From a virus, in IMG/VR virus record IMGVR_UViG_3300025769_012879, positions 32,001-96,000 of that record: 64,000 bases of DNA, one strand, 5' to 3'. Of the stretch, positions 41,539-51,642 are shown in pieces; position 1 is the stretch's first letter, and each line of letters opens with the position of its first letter. Under the pieces are notes generated by a model that worked only from the letters and a program-made list of their open reading frames with translations, searched no databases and was not told the DNA's origin. The position numbers and the translations under genes are program-made.

Positions 41539-44500
41539 GATTTGCACACATAGCAGACACACACATAAAAAATTTAAAATATCATAAAGAGTATAAAGCA
41601 GTATTCAAGCAACTTTATGCTTCTTTGAAAGAACGGGAAGTGGATTACATTATCCACTGTGGCGATATCGCACACACAAAGACCCAAATCTCACCAGAGT
41701 TCGTTGAGTTATGCTCCGACTTCCTGAAGAATTTGGGAGATATTGCCCCCACATACATTATTTTAGGAAACCATGATGGCAACCTACGAAACTCTTATCG
41801 TCAGGATGCTATTACTCCTATTGTGGATGCTTTGAATCATCCAAACTTACATCTACTCAAAGATGCTGGCGAGACACACTTAGATGATAAGTTTTGTCTA
41901 AATGTTTTATCAGTGTTCGATGAAGAAAATTGGGTCAAACCAACTGACCCAGATAAAATTAACATAGGACTTTACCATGGTGCGATTAAATATAGCCGAA
42001 CCGACATTGGATTCGTTATGGAGCACGGAGAGCACAGCATTTCTATTTTTGATGATTGTGACTATGCTATGCTTGGGGATATCCATAAAACTCAAATCTT
42101 AAATAAGGAAGGCACAATCGCTTATGCTGGTTCTACAATTCAGCAAAACTTTGGTGAGACAGACGATAAGGGTATGTTCATCTGGGATATTCAGTCCAAA
42201 ACTGAATTCAGCAGAGAAAAAATTAATTTTGTAAATCCAAAACCATTTATTACAATCCGTCTAACAAAGACGGGTAGAATTCCAAAAGGTTTTAAATGTC
42301 CAGATGGTGCAAGACTACGATTAGTAGCAGATACAAACATACCTCTAGAGCGCCTCAGAAGGGCAGTAGACATCGCAAAACATCGTTTTAAACCCGAGAG
42401 TATTACTTTCCTTAATAAAGCGAACAGCGGCGATTTGTCGGTGGAAAATAGTGTTGACACAGAATTGTTTGAAAACTTACGCGATGAGAAGACACAGCAA
42501 GATCTAATTAAAGAGTACCTTAAAGACTATAATGTCGGGGAGGACACACTGAATGAAGTTTTCGCTCTTAACTCAAAGTACAACAAGGTTGTTGAGGAGA
42601 GCGAAGACATTTCTAGAAACGTCCACTGGCGCATTAAGAAGTTTAGTTGGGACAATCTATTCAATTATGGTGAGGGCAACTCTATTGACTTTGATAAGTT
42701 GTCTGGCACTGTTGGAATCTTTGGTAAGAATTACAGCGGAAAGTCTAGCGTCATTGATGCTTTACTTTACACAATTTATAATAATACTTCTAAAAATATT
42801 CGAAAGACTTACAACATTATCAACCAAAACAAAGATTATGGATCTGGTTTGGTGGAGATTGAGGCTAACAATAAAACTTATCAAATCACCCGCAGGTCCG
42901 ATAAATATGTTAAGAAACTTAAGGGCAAGACTACAAATGAAGCAAAGACCCAAGCAGACTTTGATTATGTGGACCAGGTATCAGGAGAGATTGGTTCACT
43001 CAATCAGACGGCACGAGGTGGAACAGACAAAGCAATCCGAAACGTCTTCGGAGATTTAGACGACTTCCTAAACACATCTATGTCTTCTCAGTTGGGAGCA
43101 TTAGGATTTATCAACGAGGGATCAACCCGCCGTAAAGAAATTTTAGCAAAGTTCCTTGACTTAGAGTTCTTTGAGAAGAAGTTTAAGTTAGCAAAGGAAG
43201 ATGCTGCTGATTTACGAGGAGCGCTTCGCAGGGTTCAAGATGTTGATTATGATGAAGATATCAAGAAGACTAAGAACGACATCTTTAGAGCAGGTGCAGC
43301 AGTAGCAAGACAAAAGAACTTATGCACGGAACTAAAGCAAAACTTAAGTTCTGTGATTGAAGAGATCGCTGAGTTAGAAAATAAACTTACTCAGATTCCA
43401 GAGGATCCAATCTCTATTCGTCAGGTTCGTCAGGACTTAGAACGATTGAATCATAACGAGAAATCTTTCAAGGAGAAGATTAACTCTCTAAATAAGGAGA
43501 TCAAAGATAAGGAAGAGTTTTTAGAGAAGGCAGATGCTTTATTAGAGACAATTGATATTCTAAATCTCAACAAGCAAAAGGAAGAAGCGGACGGACTACA
43601 AGATAAGATTGATTCTCTTTTGAGAGAGCAACAAAGGAAAGAAAAGGAAAAGGAAACGAGTCTACGTCAGATCGAGATTCTAACAGACATCCCTTGTGGA
43701 GATAAGTTCTTAACTTCTTGTAAGTTCATCAAAGATGCTCATAATGCAAAGCAGGATCTTTCTATCACAAAGAAGGTTTTGTCTGAGGTTGAAGACAAGT
43801 TAAAACTAAATGCTGGTGAATTATCTAACATTGACGTTGAGAAGGTCGGCAGCACTATCAATAACTGGACTCGATTAACTGAGAAGAGAAAGGATGAGCA
43901 ATCTAAGTTAACCAATCTAAACTTGGACCTAGAGCGGACTAACTCTGCCTTACAGAAGTTAGAGGGCGAGATTAAAGAGTTAAACGAGACAGCCGATTAC
44001 TACGAAGAACACAAAGAGGTTCTTGAGAATATCGAAAAGGTTATGTCGGAGTTAGAACTTGCAAAGACAAACAAAGAGAGAACAGAGCAGGAACTACAAG
44101 ATTGTGAAGACCAGATCTACACACTTGTTGGTAAAGAAGGGGCATTAGAGCAGAAACTAGAGAACTTAAAAGACCTCAAGACAGAGAAGAATAGATTAAA
44201 CACAGAATACTCTGCTTACGACCTATTCATGACTTGTATGCACTCTAACGGCATCGCATTTGATGTAATCAAGAAGGCATTGCCAGTAATCAATACGGAG
44301 ATTGCTAAAGTTCTATCTAACATTGTTGAGTTTGAGGTGTTCTTTGAGAATAGTGAGAATAAACTAAACATTCTAATTAAGCATCCAAAGCATGACCCAC
44401 GACAACTTGAAACTTGTTCAGGTGCAGAGAAGACCCTTGCTGCTGTTGCTATTAGAATTGCTCTACTAAATGTAAGCAATATGCCAAAATCAAATTTATT

Positions 44501-44690
44501 CATACTTGACGAACCAGGAACTGCTTTAGATGCTGAAAACATGGAAGGTTTTGTAAGGATCTTAGATCTTGTAAAAGGATATTTCGATGTTACATTACTA
44601 ATTACTCACATAGAGAGTTTGAAAGATATTGTCGATATGACTATTGAAATCTCTAAAACCGAAGACGGATACGCTTACGTCAATCAATAA
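41535..44690 (+). CDS. Fused Mre11/SbcD nuclease and Rad50/SbcC ATPase (gp47-gp46-like)
   Basis: HIADTH, GDIAH, GNHD, LGDIH; Walker A GKNYSGKSS, coiled coil, CSGAEK signature, FILDEPG Walker B. Confidence 0.92.
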   Translation: MRFAHIADTHIKNLKYHKEYKAVFKQLYASLKEREVDYIIHCGDIAHTKTQISPEFVELCSDFLKNLGDIAPTYIILGNHDGNLRNSYRQDAITPIVDALNHPNLHLLKDAGETHLDDKFCLNVLSVFDEENWVKPTDPDKINIGLYHGAIKYSRTDIGFVMEHGEHSISIFDDCDYAMLGDIHKTQILNKEGTIAYAGSTIQQNFGETDDKGMFIWDIQSKTEFSREKINFVNPKPFITIRLTKTGRIPKGFKCPDGARLRLVADTNIPLERLRRAVDIAKHRFKPESITFLNKANSGDLSVENSVDTELFENLRDEKTQQDLIKEYLKDYNVGEDTLNEVFALNSKYNKVVEESEDISRNVHWRIKKFSWDNLFNYGEGNSIDFDKLSGTVGIFGKNYSGKSSVIDALLYTIYNNTSKNIRKTYNIINQNKDYGSGLVEIEANNKTYQITRRSDKYVKKLKGKTTNEAKTQADFDYVDQVSGEIGSLNQTARGGTDKAIRNVFGDLDDFLNTSMSSQLGALGFINEGSTRRKEILAKFLDLEFFEKKFKLAKEDAADLRGALRRVQDVDYDEDIKKTKNDIFRAGAAVARQKNLCTELKQNLSSVIEEIAELENKLTQIPEDPISIRQVRQDLERLNHNEKSFKEKINSLNKEIKDKEEFLEKADALLETIDILNLNKQKEEADGLQDKIDSLLREQQRKEKEKETSLRQIEILTDIPCGDKFLTSCKFIKDAHNAKQDLSITKKVLSEVEDKLKLNAGELSNIDVEKVGSTINNWTRLTEKRKDEQSKLTNLNLDLERTNSALQKLEGEIKELNETADYYEEHKEVLENIEKVMSELELAKTNKERTEQELQDCEDQIYTLVGKEGALEQKLENLKDLKTEKNRLNTEYSAYDLFMTCMHSNGIAFDVIKKALPVINTEIAKVLSNIVEFEVFFENSENKLNILIKHPKHDPRQLETCSGAEKTLAAVAIRIALLNVSNMPKSNLFILDEPGTALDAENMEGFVRILDLVKGYFDVTLLITHIESLKDIVDMTIEISKTEDGYAYVNQ

Positions 44691-44704
44691 CCAGAGAGGA
44701 TAGA

Positions 44705-44899
44705 ATGGTGGCAGTAGTAAAAGCATTTGCAGATAAACATTTAGAAAGATTCGTATCAAAGAAACTTTTGGTATGGTTAACAACAACAGGTCTACTCCTT
44801 GCCGAGAAGGTAGATTCAGAGCAGTGGATAATAATCGCCACAGCATACGTCGGTACACAGGGATTCGTTGATGTCGTTGCCCGTTTCAAAGGTAAATAA
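44705..44899 (+). CDS. Small two-helix membrane protein (holin-like)
   Basis: SKKLLVW...WIIIATAYVGTQGFVD; 64 aa; GAGG RBS. Confidence 0.5.
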   Translation: MVAVVKAFADKHLERFVSKKLLVWLTTTGLLLAEKVDSEQWIIIATAYVGTQGFVDVVARFKGK

Positions 44900-44902
44900 A
44901 CA

Positions 44903-45577
44903 ATGAAAAGTATGAAACTCATAATGGAGAACTTTAATAAGTTCTTAGCAGAGCAAGTAGATTTAGACAAAGCACAAGAACTTATTGACGCGAACCCTTA
45001 TCTTAAAGGAAAGTTACAAGCAAGTGAAGACAATATGATCGACAGTGACAAATATGTCCTATTTGTTTCAGAAGATTCACTAGAACATGTAAAAGATAGA
45101 CATATGGATGCCGATGCACCGGGATCTCTATTTAAAGATGATATTGATCTAAAAGATACAATAAAAAATTTATTAAGCAAAGACCCTTCAGAAGAAGCAG
45201 GTGACAGAGTTAAATGGTTGGGTGTTGAAATGGATGAAGATATTGGTGATATGGGTGTTAAATTAGACGATCCTGAAAAAGTCGCTGATATGAAAGATTA
45301 TACAATGCCCGATGGAAGACAGGAAAATGTAAAAATTACTGCTGGCGAAAGAGACTCCACCAACAAAATCACTTTAATTACATCAGAGTTGGGTGAATTA
45401 GACGACAAAAAAGTTTTATCTTTGATTACCGCTTTTCCAGGTGGGACTGATATAGACGGCAAAGAAATGCCAATGGATAGAAATCAGTTTGCTGAGGAAG
45501 GTTTTTACTTTGTTTTACCAGAAGGTAGTCCATTGTTGACTGATGAAGAACCAGCAGATACCGAAGAAGAGGCATAA
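44903..45577 (+). CDS. Acidic protein with EndoU-like toxin motifs and a possible cleavable N-terminal leader
   Basis: MKLIMENFNKFLAE leader; LEHVKDRH...GSLF and LITAFPG. Confidence 0.4.
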   Translation: MKSMKLIMENFNKFLAEQVDLDKAQELIDANPYLKGKLQASEDNMIDSDKYVLFVSEDSLEHVKDRHMDADAPGSLFKDDIDLKDTIKNLLSKDPSEEAGDRVKWLGVEMDEDIGDMGVKLDDPEKVADMKDYTMPDGRQENVKITAGERDSTNKITLITSELGELDDKKVLSLITAFPGGTDIDGKEMPMDRNQFAEEGFYFVLPEGSPLLTDEEPADTEEEA

Positions 45578-45981
45578 TGAACTGGTTAATCACCAAACAA
45601 ATCCTCCAAAAAGTTTGGTTTTACATTAAAAATTATTGGTGGGTTGGAGCACTAATCGCATTAGGTTTTGTGCTCCACAAGTTTTTTCTATTTGATAAAG
45701 ATGTTTTAGGTGGTCTTTACGAAGAGAAGGCAAAACAAAACGAAAAAGAATTAAAAGTTATAAACGAAACTCACAAGCACGAAAGAGTAGAGAAAGAAAG
45801 AGCAACTGAAGATTTTAAGGTTGCTGTGGAAGCACTTGAAGAAGAACGAAAACAAGCAGGCGAAAAAGTCAAGAAAGAAGAGAAGAAAAGAATCAAAGAA
45901 ATCGTTGCTATGCCTGAAGAGGAAAGAGTGTCTGCTCTTGCTGATGAGTTTGGTTTAGAGATTGTTGAGGTCGAAGAATGA
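45577..45981 (+). CDS. Membrane-anchored coiled-coil protein (i-spanin-like)
   Basis: N-terminal transmembrane helix followed by a Glu/Lys-rich coil. Confidence 0.45.
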   Translation: MNWLITKQILQKVWFYIKNYWWVGALIALGFVLHKFFLFDKDVLGGLYEEKAKQNEKELKVINETHKHERVEKERATEDFKVAVEALEEERKQAGEKVKKEEKKRIKEIVAMPEEERVSALADEFGLEIVEVEE

Positions 45982-46415
45982 GAATCACAGCAATCATTTT
46001 ACTAATAATTCTTTTACCAGCACTCTGTTTTGCTAATGGTAAAGTAGCAGCAATAAAGAAAGGGCAGAAAGCACCTTTCGACGGCATCTTACTAGATAAG
46101 AAAGCAGAAGCAACCATAACTGTCAAAAGAGAATCGGCAGTTAAAATCTGCGAGATCGATAAGAACTACACGATTAAAAAATTAAAATCAGAGTGCGACT
46201 TTAATAAAAGAATCCTAACAATAGAAAAGGATTCAGATAAGAAAAAGCACAACGCTCTAATGAACCTCAAGAATGCCGAAGTTAAAAGATTAGAGATTGC
46301 CCTTAAAAAATCACAGAAACCAGATTATAGTAGATTATGGTTTGTTGGCGGTTTTGTAGCCGGTGTGGGTTTGTCCATCGGCATCTTCTATGCCGCCGCA
46401 CAGGCGAGTAAATGA
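45978..46415 (+). CDS. Exported protein with C-terminal membrane anchor (spanin-like candidate)
   Basis: Signal peptide MRITAIILLIILLPALCFA; C-terminal LWFVGGFVAGVGLSIGIFYAAA. Confidence 0.45.
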   Translation: MRITAIILLIILLPALCFANGKVAAIKKGQKAPFDGILLDKKAEATITVKRESAVKICEIDKNYTIKKLKSECDFNKRILTIEKDSDKKKHNALMNLKNAEVKRLEIALKKSQKPDYSRLWFVGGFVAGVGLSIGIFYAAAQASK

Positions 46416-46780
46416 AAAAAGACCTAAACTACATCGCTGGATTAGAGAAGGCAATAAAACAAAAGTACGGTGAGGAAGCAGTTCAGAGTCCCTCTTCTAA
46501 TTGGACGCCGGAAAAAGAAAAAGAATACCTTCAACAACTAAAAGAAAATAAGATTAAAGAATTGTCTGCCGATCGCGTTGAAGAGCGTGAGGGGTTTTTA
46601 TTTTCTGCAAAACTAATTAAGAAGGATAGTAAGAATGTTTGTGATGTATGCTCAAATATTCTAAAACAGCAGGACATGCTGTACGAAACAAAATACGAAT
46701 GCTGTCGGAACTGTTATATACAATATGTAGAAGGCAGGGAAGAGAGATGGAAACAAGGTTGGAGACCAGATAATGTCTAA
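46412..46780 (+). CDS. Hypothetical zinc-finger protein
   Basis: CDVC...CCRNCYIQYVEGREERW. Confidence 0.65.
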   Translation: MKKDLNYIAGLEKAIKQKYGEEAVQSPSSNWTPEKEKEYLQQLKENKIKELSADRVEEREGFLFSAKLIKKDSKNVCDVCSNILKQQDMLYETKYECCRNCYIQYVEGREERWKQGWRPDNV

Positions 46781-47264
46781 AGAAGCACTAGAAGTCCTAA
46801 GAGGAATTAGTCAAGCAATGGGTTATGCTTATGATGGCGGCGAAAAAATTGGATTACGCCGCGATGAAAAAGATATGATGCTACAATCCAGAGATGGTTG
46901 TATGGATGGTTTTGGCGTAAAGATGGCAGGCAATAAACTAATTGTCAATTACCACTCAGAAGCACCAATGCCAGAGGTACACAAGAAAGGACCAAGCGCT
47001 TTTGAGGCAGAAGTCGAGCAGAGATTTGCCAATATTGTTAAGTTTCTTAAGAAGCAGTATAAAAATGCAACAGGTAAGACCTTATCTCTAAATCCAGACG
47101 GTGATGCTGACGTTCTTTTACAGTACATGAATCGCAAGAGAAGTTGGATCCAAGCAACAAAGGTATACACTATTGGCGGTTTAGGTTCGGGTGTTGTTGA
47201 ACCAGAGAAGAAACCATTCGATCCAATTAGAGATTTCTTAAAGACACATAAATACGGGAAGTAA
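46773..47264 (+). CDS. Hypothetical protein upstream of terminase
   Basis: 163-aa ORF; stop overlaps terminase ATG. Confidence 0.65.
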   Translation: MSKEALEVLRGISQAMGYAYDGGEKIGLRRDEKDMMLQSRDGCMDGFGVKMAGNKLIVNYHSEAPMPEVHKKGPSAFEAEVEQRFANIVKFLKKQYKNATGKTLSLNPDGDADVLLQYMNRKRSWIQATKVYTIGGLGSGVVEPEKKPFDPIRDFLKTHKYGK

Positions 47265-48853
47265 TGGCGCGTGGTTTAACCAAGACGCAGATAAAGAAAG
47301 AGATTATCGCCTGCGGTAAAGACCCAAACTACTTTATCAACAATTACGGAAAGATTGCTCACCCAATGAAGGGAACAATTCCCTTCTCTATGTATCCTTT
47401 CCAAAAAGATGTTGTAAAAGATTTTCAAGATAATCGTTTCAATATTATTCTAAAGGCAAGACAGTTGGGTCTCTCAACTGTTTCTGCTGTTTATATTGCG
47501 TGGTTTGTTCTATTCCATAAGAATAAAAATGTTGTCGTAATGGCAACCAAACTATCAACCGCTGCAAACTTGGTTAGAAAGGTAAAGTTTGCTCTAAAAG
47601 CAATTCCTGAGTGGATGAAACTAACAGAGTTGGTAATTGATAACAAAAACTCTTTTGAGTTGTCCAATGGTTCACAAGTAAAAGCAATTTCAACATCAGG
47701 CGATGCTGGTCGTTCAGAAGCACTTTCTTTGCTTGTTATTGATGAGGCAGCGATCATTGAAGGTCTTGACGACTTGTGGGCAGGTTTGTATCCTACTCTA
47801 TCAACTGGTGGTGATTGCATTATTATCTCAACTCCAAAGGGTGTTGGTAACCTTTATCACAAACTATATTCAGAAGCGGAGCAAGGTCTAAACGATTTTA
47901 ATCCAATCAGTTTGCCATGGCATGTCCACCCAGACAGAGATCAAGCGTGGTTTGAAAAAGAAACTCGCAACATGTCTGCAAGAGAGATTGCACAGGAGTT
48001 AGAGTGTAACTTTAACATGTCCGGTGACACTCTCATCAATGGTAAGGATTTAGTTCGTATTGAAAATGAAGAATTGTTAGAACCAGAATACAAAACTGGA
48101 TTTGATCGCAACCTGTGGATTTGGAAAAATGCAGAGGAAGGTAAAAAATATTTCATGGTTGCTGACGTTGCCCGTGGTGATGGTAAAGATAACTCTACCT
48201 TCTATGTGTTTGAATCCGATACTATGGAGATTTGCTGTGAATATCAAGGCAAATTACCACTTGATAGTTTTGCACGTATAATTTATGACACATCAAAGAG
48301 TTATGGTATGTGCATGACTGTTGTAGAGAATAACTCAGTTGGTATGACCGTATTAACAAAATTAAAAGATTACGGTCACCCAAACATTTACCACTCAAAG
48401 AAGTCAACACACGAGTATGTTGAGACATCTTACACAGAACAAACATCTGTGATTGCTGGTTTTTCCACCACAGTTAAAACCAGACCTATGATTATCGCTA
48501 AATTAGAAGAGTTTATTCGTAATAAGGTATTAAAGATTAGATCAAAAAGATTGTTTAACGAATTAAAAACATTTATTTGGAATAATGGCAAAGCAGAAGC
48601 GATGCGTTCATATAATGATGACTTAGTTATGGCGTGTGCTATTGGATGTTGGGTAAGAGATACAGCATTAACTGCAAATCAACAAGAAATAGAGTATAAA
48701 AAATCTATGCTTTCTGCTATAATGACAAGCAATAAGTCATTAGATACTAGAATTGTTGGGATGGAAAGGAATCAGCAAGATAATTATATCTATGGTGGCA
48801 ACGCAAAACAAAAAACAGTAAAGATACATAAACTACCGTTTTTTATGAAATAG
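47264..48853 (+). CDS. terL: Terminase large subunit (T4 gp17-like)
   Basis: MYPFQ, KARQLGLS (Walker A), LLVIDEAA (Walker B), ISTPKG, ADVARG, VVENN, NDDLVMA. Confidence 0.95.
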   Translation: MARGLTKTQIKKEIIACGKDPNYFINNYGKIAHPMKGTIPFSMYPFQKDVVKDFQDNRFNIILKARQLGLSTVSAVYIAWFVLFHKNKNVVVMATKLSTAANLVRKVKFALKAIPEWMKLTELVIDNKNSFELSNGSQVKAISTSGDAGRSEALSLLVIDEAAIIEGLDDLWAGLYPTLSTGGDCIIISTPKGVGNLYHKLYSEAEQGLNDFNPISLPWHVHPDRDQAWFEKETRNMSAREIAQELECNFNMSGDTLINGKDLVRIENEELLEPEYKTGFDRNLWIWKNAEEGKKYFMVADVARGDGKDNSTFYVFESDTMEICCEYQGKLPLDSFARIIYDTSKSYGMCMTVVENNSVGMTVLTKLKDYGHPNIYHSKKSTHEYVETSYTEQTSVIAGFSTTVKTRPMIIAKLEEFIRNKVLKIRSKRLFNELKTFIWNNGKAEAMRSYNDDLVMACAIGCWVRDTALTANQQEIEYKKSMLSAIMTSNKSLDTRIVGMERNQQDNYIYGGNAKQKTVKIHKLPFFMK

Positions 48854-48863
48854 GAACTGACCA

Positions 48864-50843
48864 ATGGCAGACAATAAAAACAATCCAAGAAATCCAAACA
48901 GTCCTCTGTTCCAAAGACTAACAAGACTATTTTCCGGTCCAATTGTAAACTACAGAGCACAACAAGTAAGAAATAATCGAAAGTATTCAGTAGACAAGTA
49001 TGGATCTAAATTTAGATCAGTGGGCGGTCAGTCATTTAAAAGAAAGTCATACAATCCATACGAATCAATCTCAACTGCGATGATGAACAACTATAATCGC
49101 GTTGAAAGGTACGCTGACTTTGATCAGATGGAATTTATGCCCGAGTTAGCATCTGCTTTAGATATTTATGCTGATGAAATCACAACACATTCTGAATTTC
49201 ATAGATCATTAATTATTGACTGTCAAAATGAAGAAATTAAAGATATATTAGAAACACTGTTTCACAAAGTTTTAAATATTGATGCTAACCTTTTTGGTTG
49301 GGTGCGCTCCATGTGCAAATACGGTGATTTCTTTGGATATCTAGATATTGATGAGGAAATTGGTATCAAGTCATTTATTGGTCTCCCAGTAAGTGAAATT
49401 GAGAGAATGGAAGGCACTGATCAATCTAATCCAAATTACGTTCAATACCAATGGAATACAGGTGGGTTAACATTTGAAAATTGGCAGATGGCGCACTTTA
49501 GAGTTTTAGGTAATGATAAGTATGTCCCATACGGTACATCTGTTTTAGATCCAGGTCGTAGAATCTGGAGGCAATTAACTCTTCTTGAAGATGCTATGAT
49601 TGCGTACAGAGTTGTTCGCTCGCCATCAAGAAAACAATTTAAAATTGATGTTGGTGGTATTCCACCAGAAGAAGTAGAGCAATACATGCAGAAAATCATC
49701 ACTATGATGAAGCGCCACCAAGTTGTTGATGATACAAGTGGTAGAGTTGATTTACGTTACAATCCACTATCAATTGAAGAGGACTATTACATCCCAACAA
49801 GGAATGGACAAGCATCAGTAGATATTAGTCAAGTTCAAGGCGATACTTGGGGAACTGCTATTGATGATATCAAATACCTACAAAACAAGTTGTTCGCTGC
49901 AATTAAAATTCCAATGTCTTACTTGATTCGAGGTGAAGGTGGAACTGAAGAACAAGCAGCACTTTCTCAAAAAGATATTAGGTTTGCAAGAACAATTCAA
50001 AGAATTCAGAGGGCAGTTGTTGCAGAATTAGATAAAATGGCAACAATTCACTTGTACACTCTTGGTTACAGAGGAAATGATTTAATAAACTTTAATATAA
50101 AGTTGCACAACCCATCCAGAATCGCTTCTATGCAGGAATTAGAAACTTTGAAGAGTAAACTAGAGATTGCTTCAACTGCAAGGTCTGACGTGTATAGCAA
50201 CCGCTGGATTGCAAAAAATATTTTAGGCATATCAGAACAGGAACTAATCAGAAACACAAGAGAGAAATTCCACGATAAGCAGATAGAAACAGCATTGGCA
50301 AAGATTGCAACCGAACAAGGTGAAGGACTTGCTGCTGAAACATTGACCGGTGGTGGATTCGGCGGTGTTGGTGATATTGGACTAGGAGGCGATACTGAGG
50401 TTGGTGGAGAAATTGCTGCCCCCGAAACTGAAGTTACTGCTGGTTTAGAAACCGCACCAGAACCTGCTGCACCAGAACCTGCTACTCCAGCACCCGAACC
50501 AGAAGCAGGCGGCGGTGAAGACGTTCTATTAGCAACTCCAGAAGGTGGTGGCAAGAAACCAGATAAACCAGCAGCAATTTATACAGAATACGAAGATGGT
50601 TCCCACACGACCAAAGGTTCTAAAGGAAAAAAGTATTGGTCTGTTAAACATGACAAGCGAGAGAAAGCAGGTCGTAAAGAGTCCTGGGGTGCAACTAAAC
50701 AAAGAAAACCACGCGATATTAATAAGGCATTATCAATAGGTACGCTTGTTAAAGAAAACAAATCTAATTATAGTGAAGAGTTTGAAAATAAAATGTCTTC
50801 ATTGAATGAGGAAATGGATAGAATACTATCAGAGGATTTATAG
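48864..50843 (+). CDS. Portal protein (T4 gp20-like)
   Basis: ASALDIYADE, PYGTSVL, QLTLLEDAMIAYRVVR.P, FKIDVG, EEDYYIP.R, IDDIKYL. Confidence 0.93.
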   Translation: MADNKNNPRNPNSPLFQRLTRLFSGPIVNYRAQQVRNNRKYSVDKYGSKFRSVGGQSFKRKSYNPYESISTAMMNNYNRVERYADFDQMEFMPELASALDIYADEITTHSEFHRSLIIDCQNEEIKDILETLFHKVLNIDANLFGWVRSMCKYGDFFGYLDIDEEIGIKSFIGLPVSEIERMEGTDQSNPNYVQYQWNTGGLTFENWQMAHFRVLGNDKYVPYGTSVLDPGRRIWRQLTLLEDAMIAYRVVRSPSRKQFKIDVGGIPPEEVEQYMQKIITMMKRHQVVDDTSGRVDLRYNPLSIEEDYYIPTRNGQASVDISQVQGDTWGTAIDDIKYLQNKLFAAIKIPMSYLIRGEGGTEEQAALSQKDIRFARTIQRIQRAVVAELDKMATIHLYTLGYRGNDLINFNIKLHNPSRIASMQELETLKSKLEIASTARSDVYSNRWIAKNILGISEQELIRNTREKFHDKQIETALAKIATEQGEGLAAETLTGGGFGGVGDIGLGGDTEVGGEIAAPETEVTAGLETAPEPAAPEPATPAPEPEAGGGEDVLLATPEGGGKKPDKPAAIYTEYEDGSHTTKGSKGKKYWSVKHDKREKAGRKESWGATKQRKPRDINKALSIGTLVKENKSNYSEEFENKMSSLNEEMDRILSEDL

Positions 50844-50844
50844 A

Positions 50845-51642
50845 ATGAATCATAATAAGAGAAGAAATACTGCATTTTTATATGAGGCACTAGTCAGAGA
50901 ATTGACTAAAAGCGTTGTTGCAAAAGATAATGAAAGAAAATCTGCTGTAATGGCAGTAATAAAAGAGTTCTTTAACAACAACAGTGTGTTAAAGCAAGAT
51001 TTAAATCTTTACAAAGAGATTGTAGAAACACGCGGAACAACTAAAGACGCAGCAGAGAAGATTATTGGATACGTTCGTAAAGAACGTGAGAGATTAAATG
51101 CTGAAAAGTTGTTTGAAGCACAGACACGTCTTATCAATAAGATTCACAACAACTTGAGTGAAGATGTATTTTCTAACTTCGTGCCAAACTATAAAGCATT
51201 AGCAAGCGTTTATCAAATGTTTTCACCAAACACAAAGATTAAAAACAAAGTTCTAATGGAAAATGTTGTTGTTCAATACATGTCTTCACTTCCTCAACAA
51301 CTAAATGAAGAAAAAAAGATTAATAATGCAACAATGAGAATCTTCTCTTCTAAATTTAACAATCACTACAATGAACTTCTAGAGGAACAAAGAGTCTTAT
51401 TGTCAAAGTATATCTCATCATTTGCAGACAATGGTCTTGAATTAAAGATGTACCTTAATGATGAATTGACAAGAATTAAAGAGGCAATTGGTAACGCAAA
51501 GTTTGAAGGCGAATTGCAGGAAAAAATTAATAAAGTGTCTTCTGTAATTGATGGATTTAAGGGCGAGTTAATCAATGAAGATATGCTTAAGCAAATTATG
51601 AAAATGCAACAACTTGTGAGTGAGATTGGAAACAATGATTAG
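50845..51642 (+). CDS. Head-region hypothetical protein (helical)
   Basis: HNKRRNTAFLYEALVRE; directly after portal. Confidence 0.7.
   Translation: MNHNKRRNTAFLYEALVRELTKSVVAKDNERKSAVMAVIKEFFNNNSVLKQDLNLYKEIVETRGTTKDAAEKIIGYVRKERERLNAEKLFEAQTRLINKIHNNLSEDVFSNFVPNYKALASVYQMFSPNTKIKNKVLMENVVVQYMSSLPQQLNEEKKINNATMRIFSSKFNNHYNELLEEQRVLLSKYISSFADNGLELKMYLNDELTRIKEAIGNAKFEGELQEKINKVSSVIDGFKGELINEDMLKQIMKMQQLVSEIGNND

Noticed and set aside
47264-50843. Inteins or introns in terminase or portal
   Set aside because: Core lengths and motif spacing look normal; no intein or homing-endonuclease motifs seen
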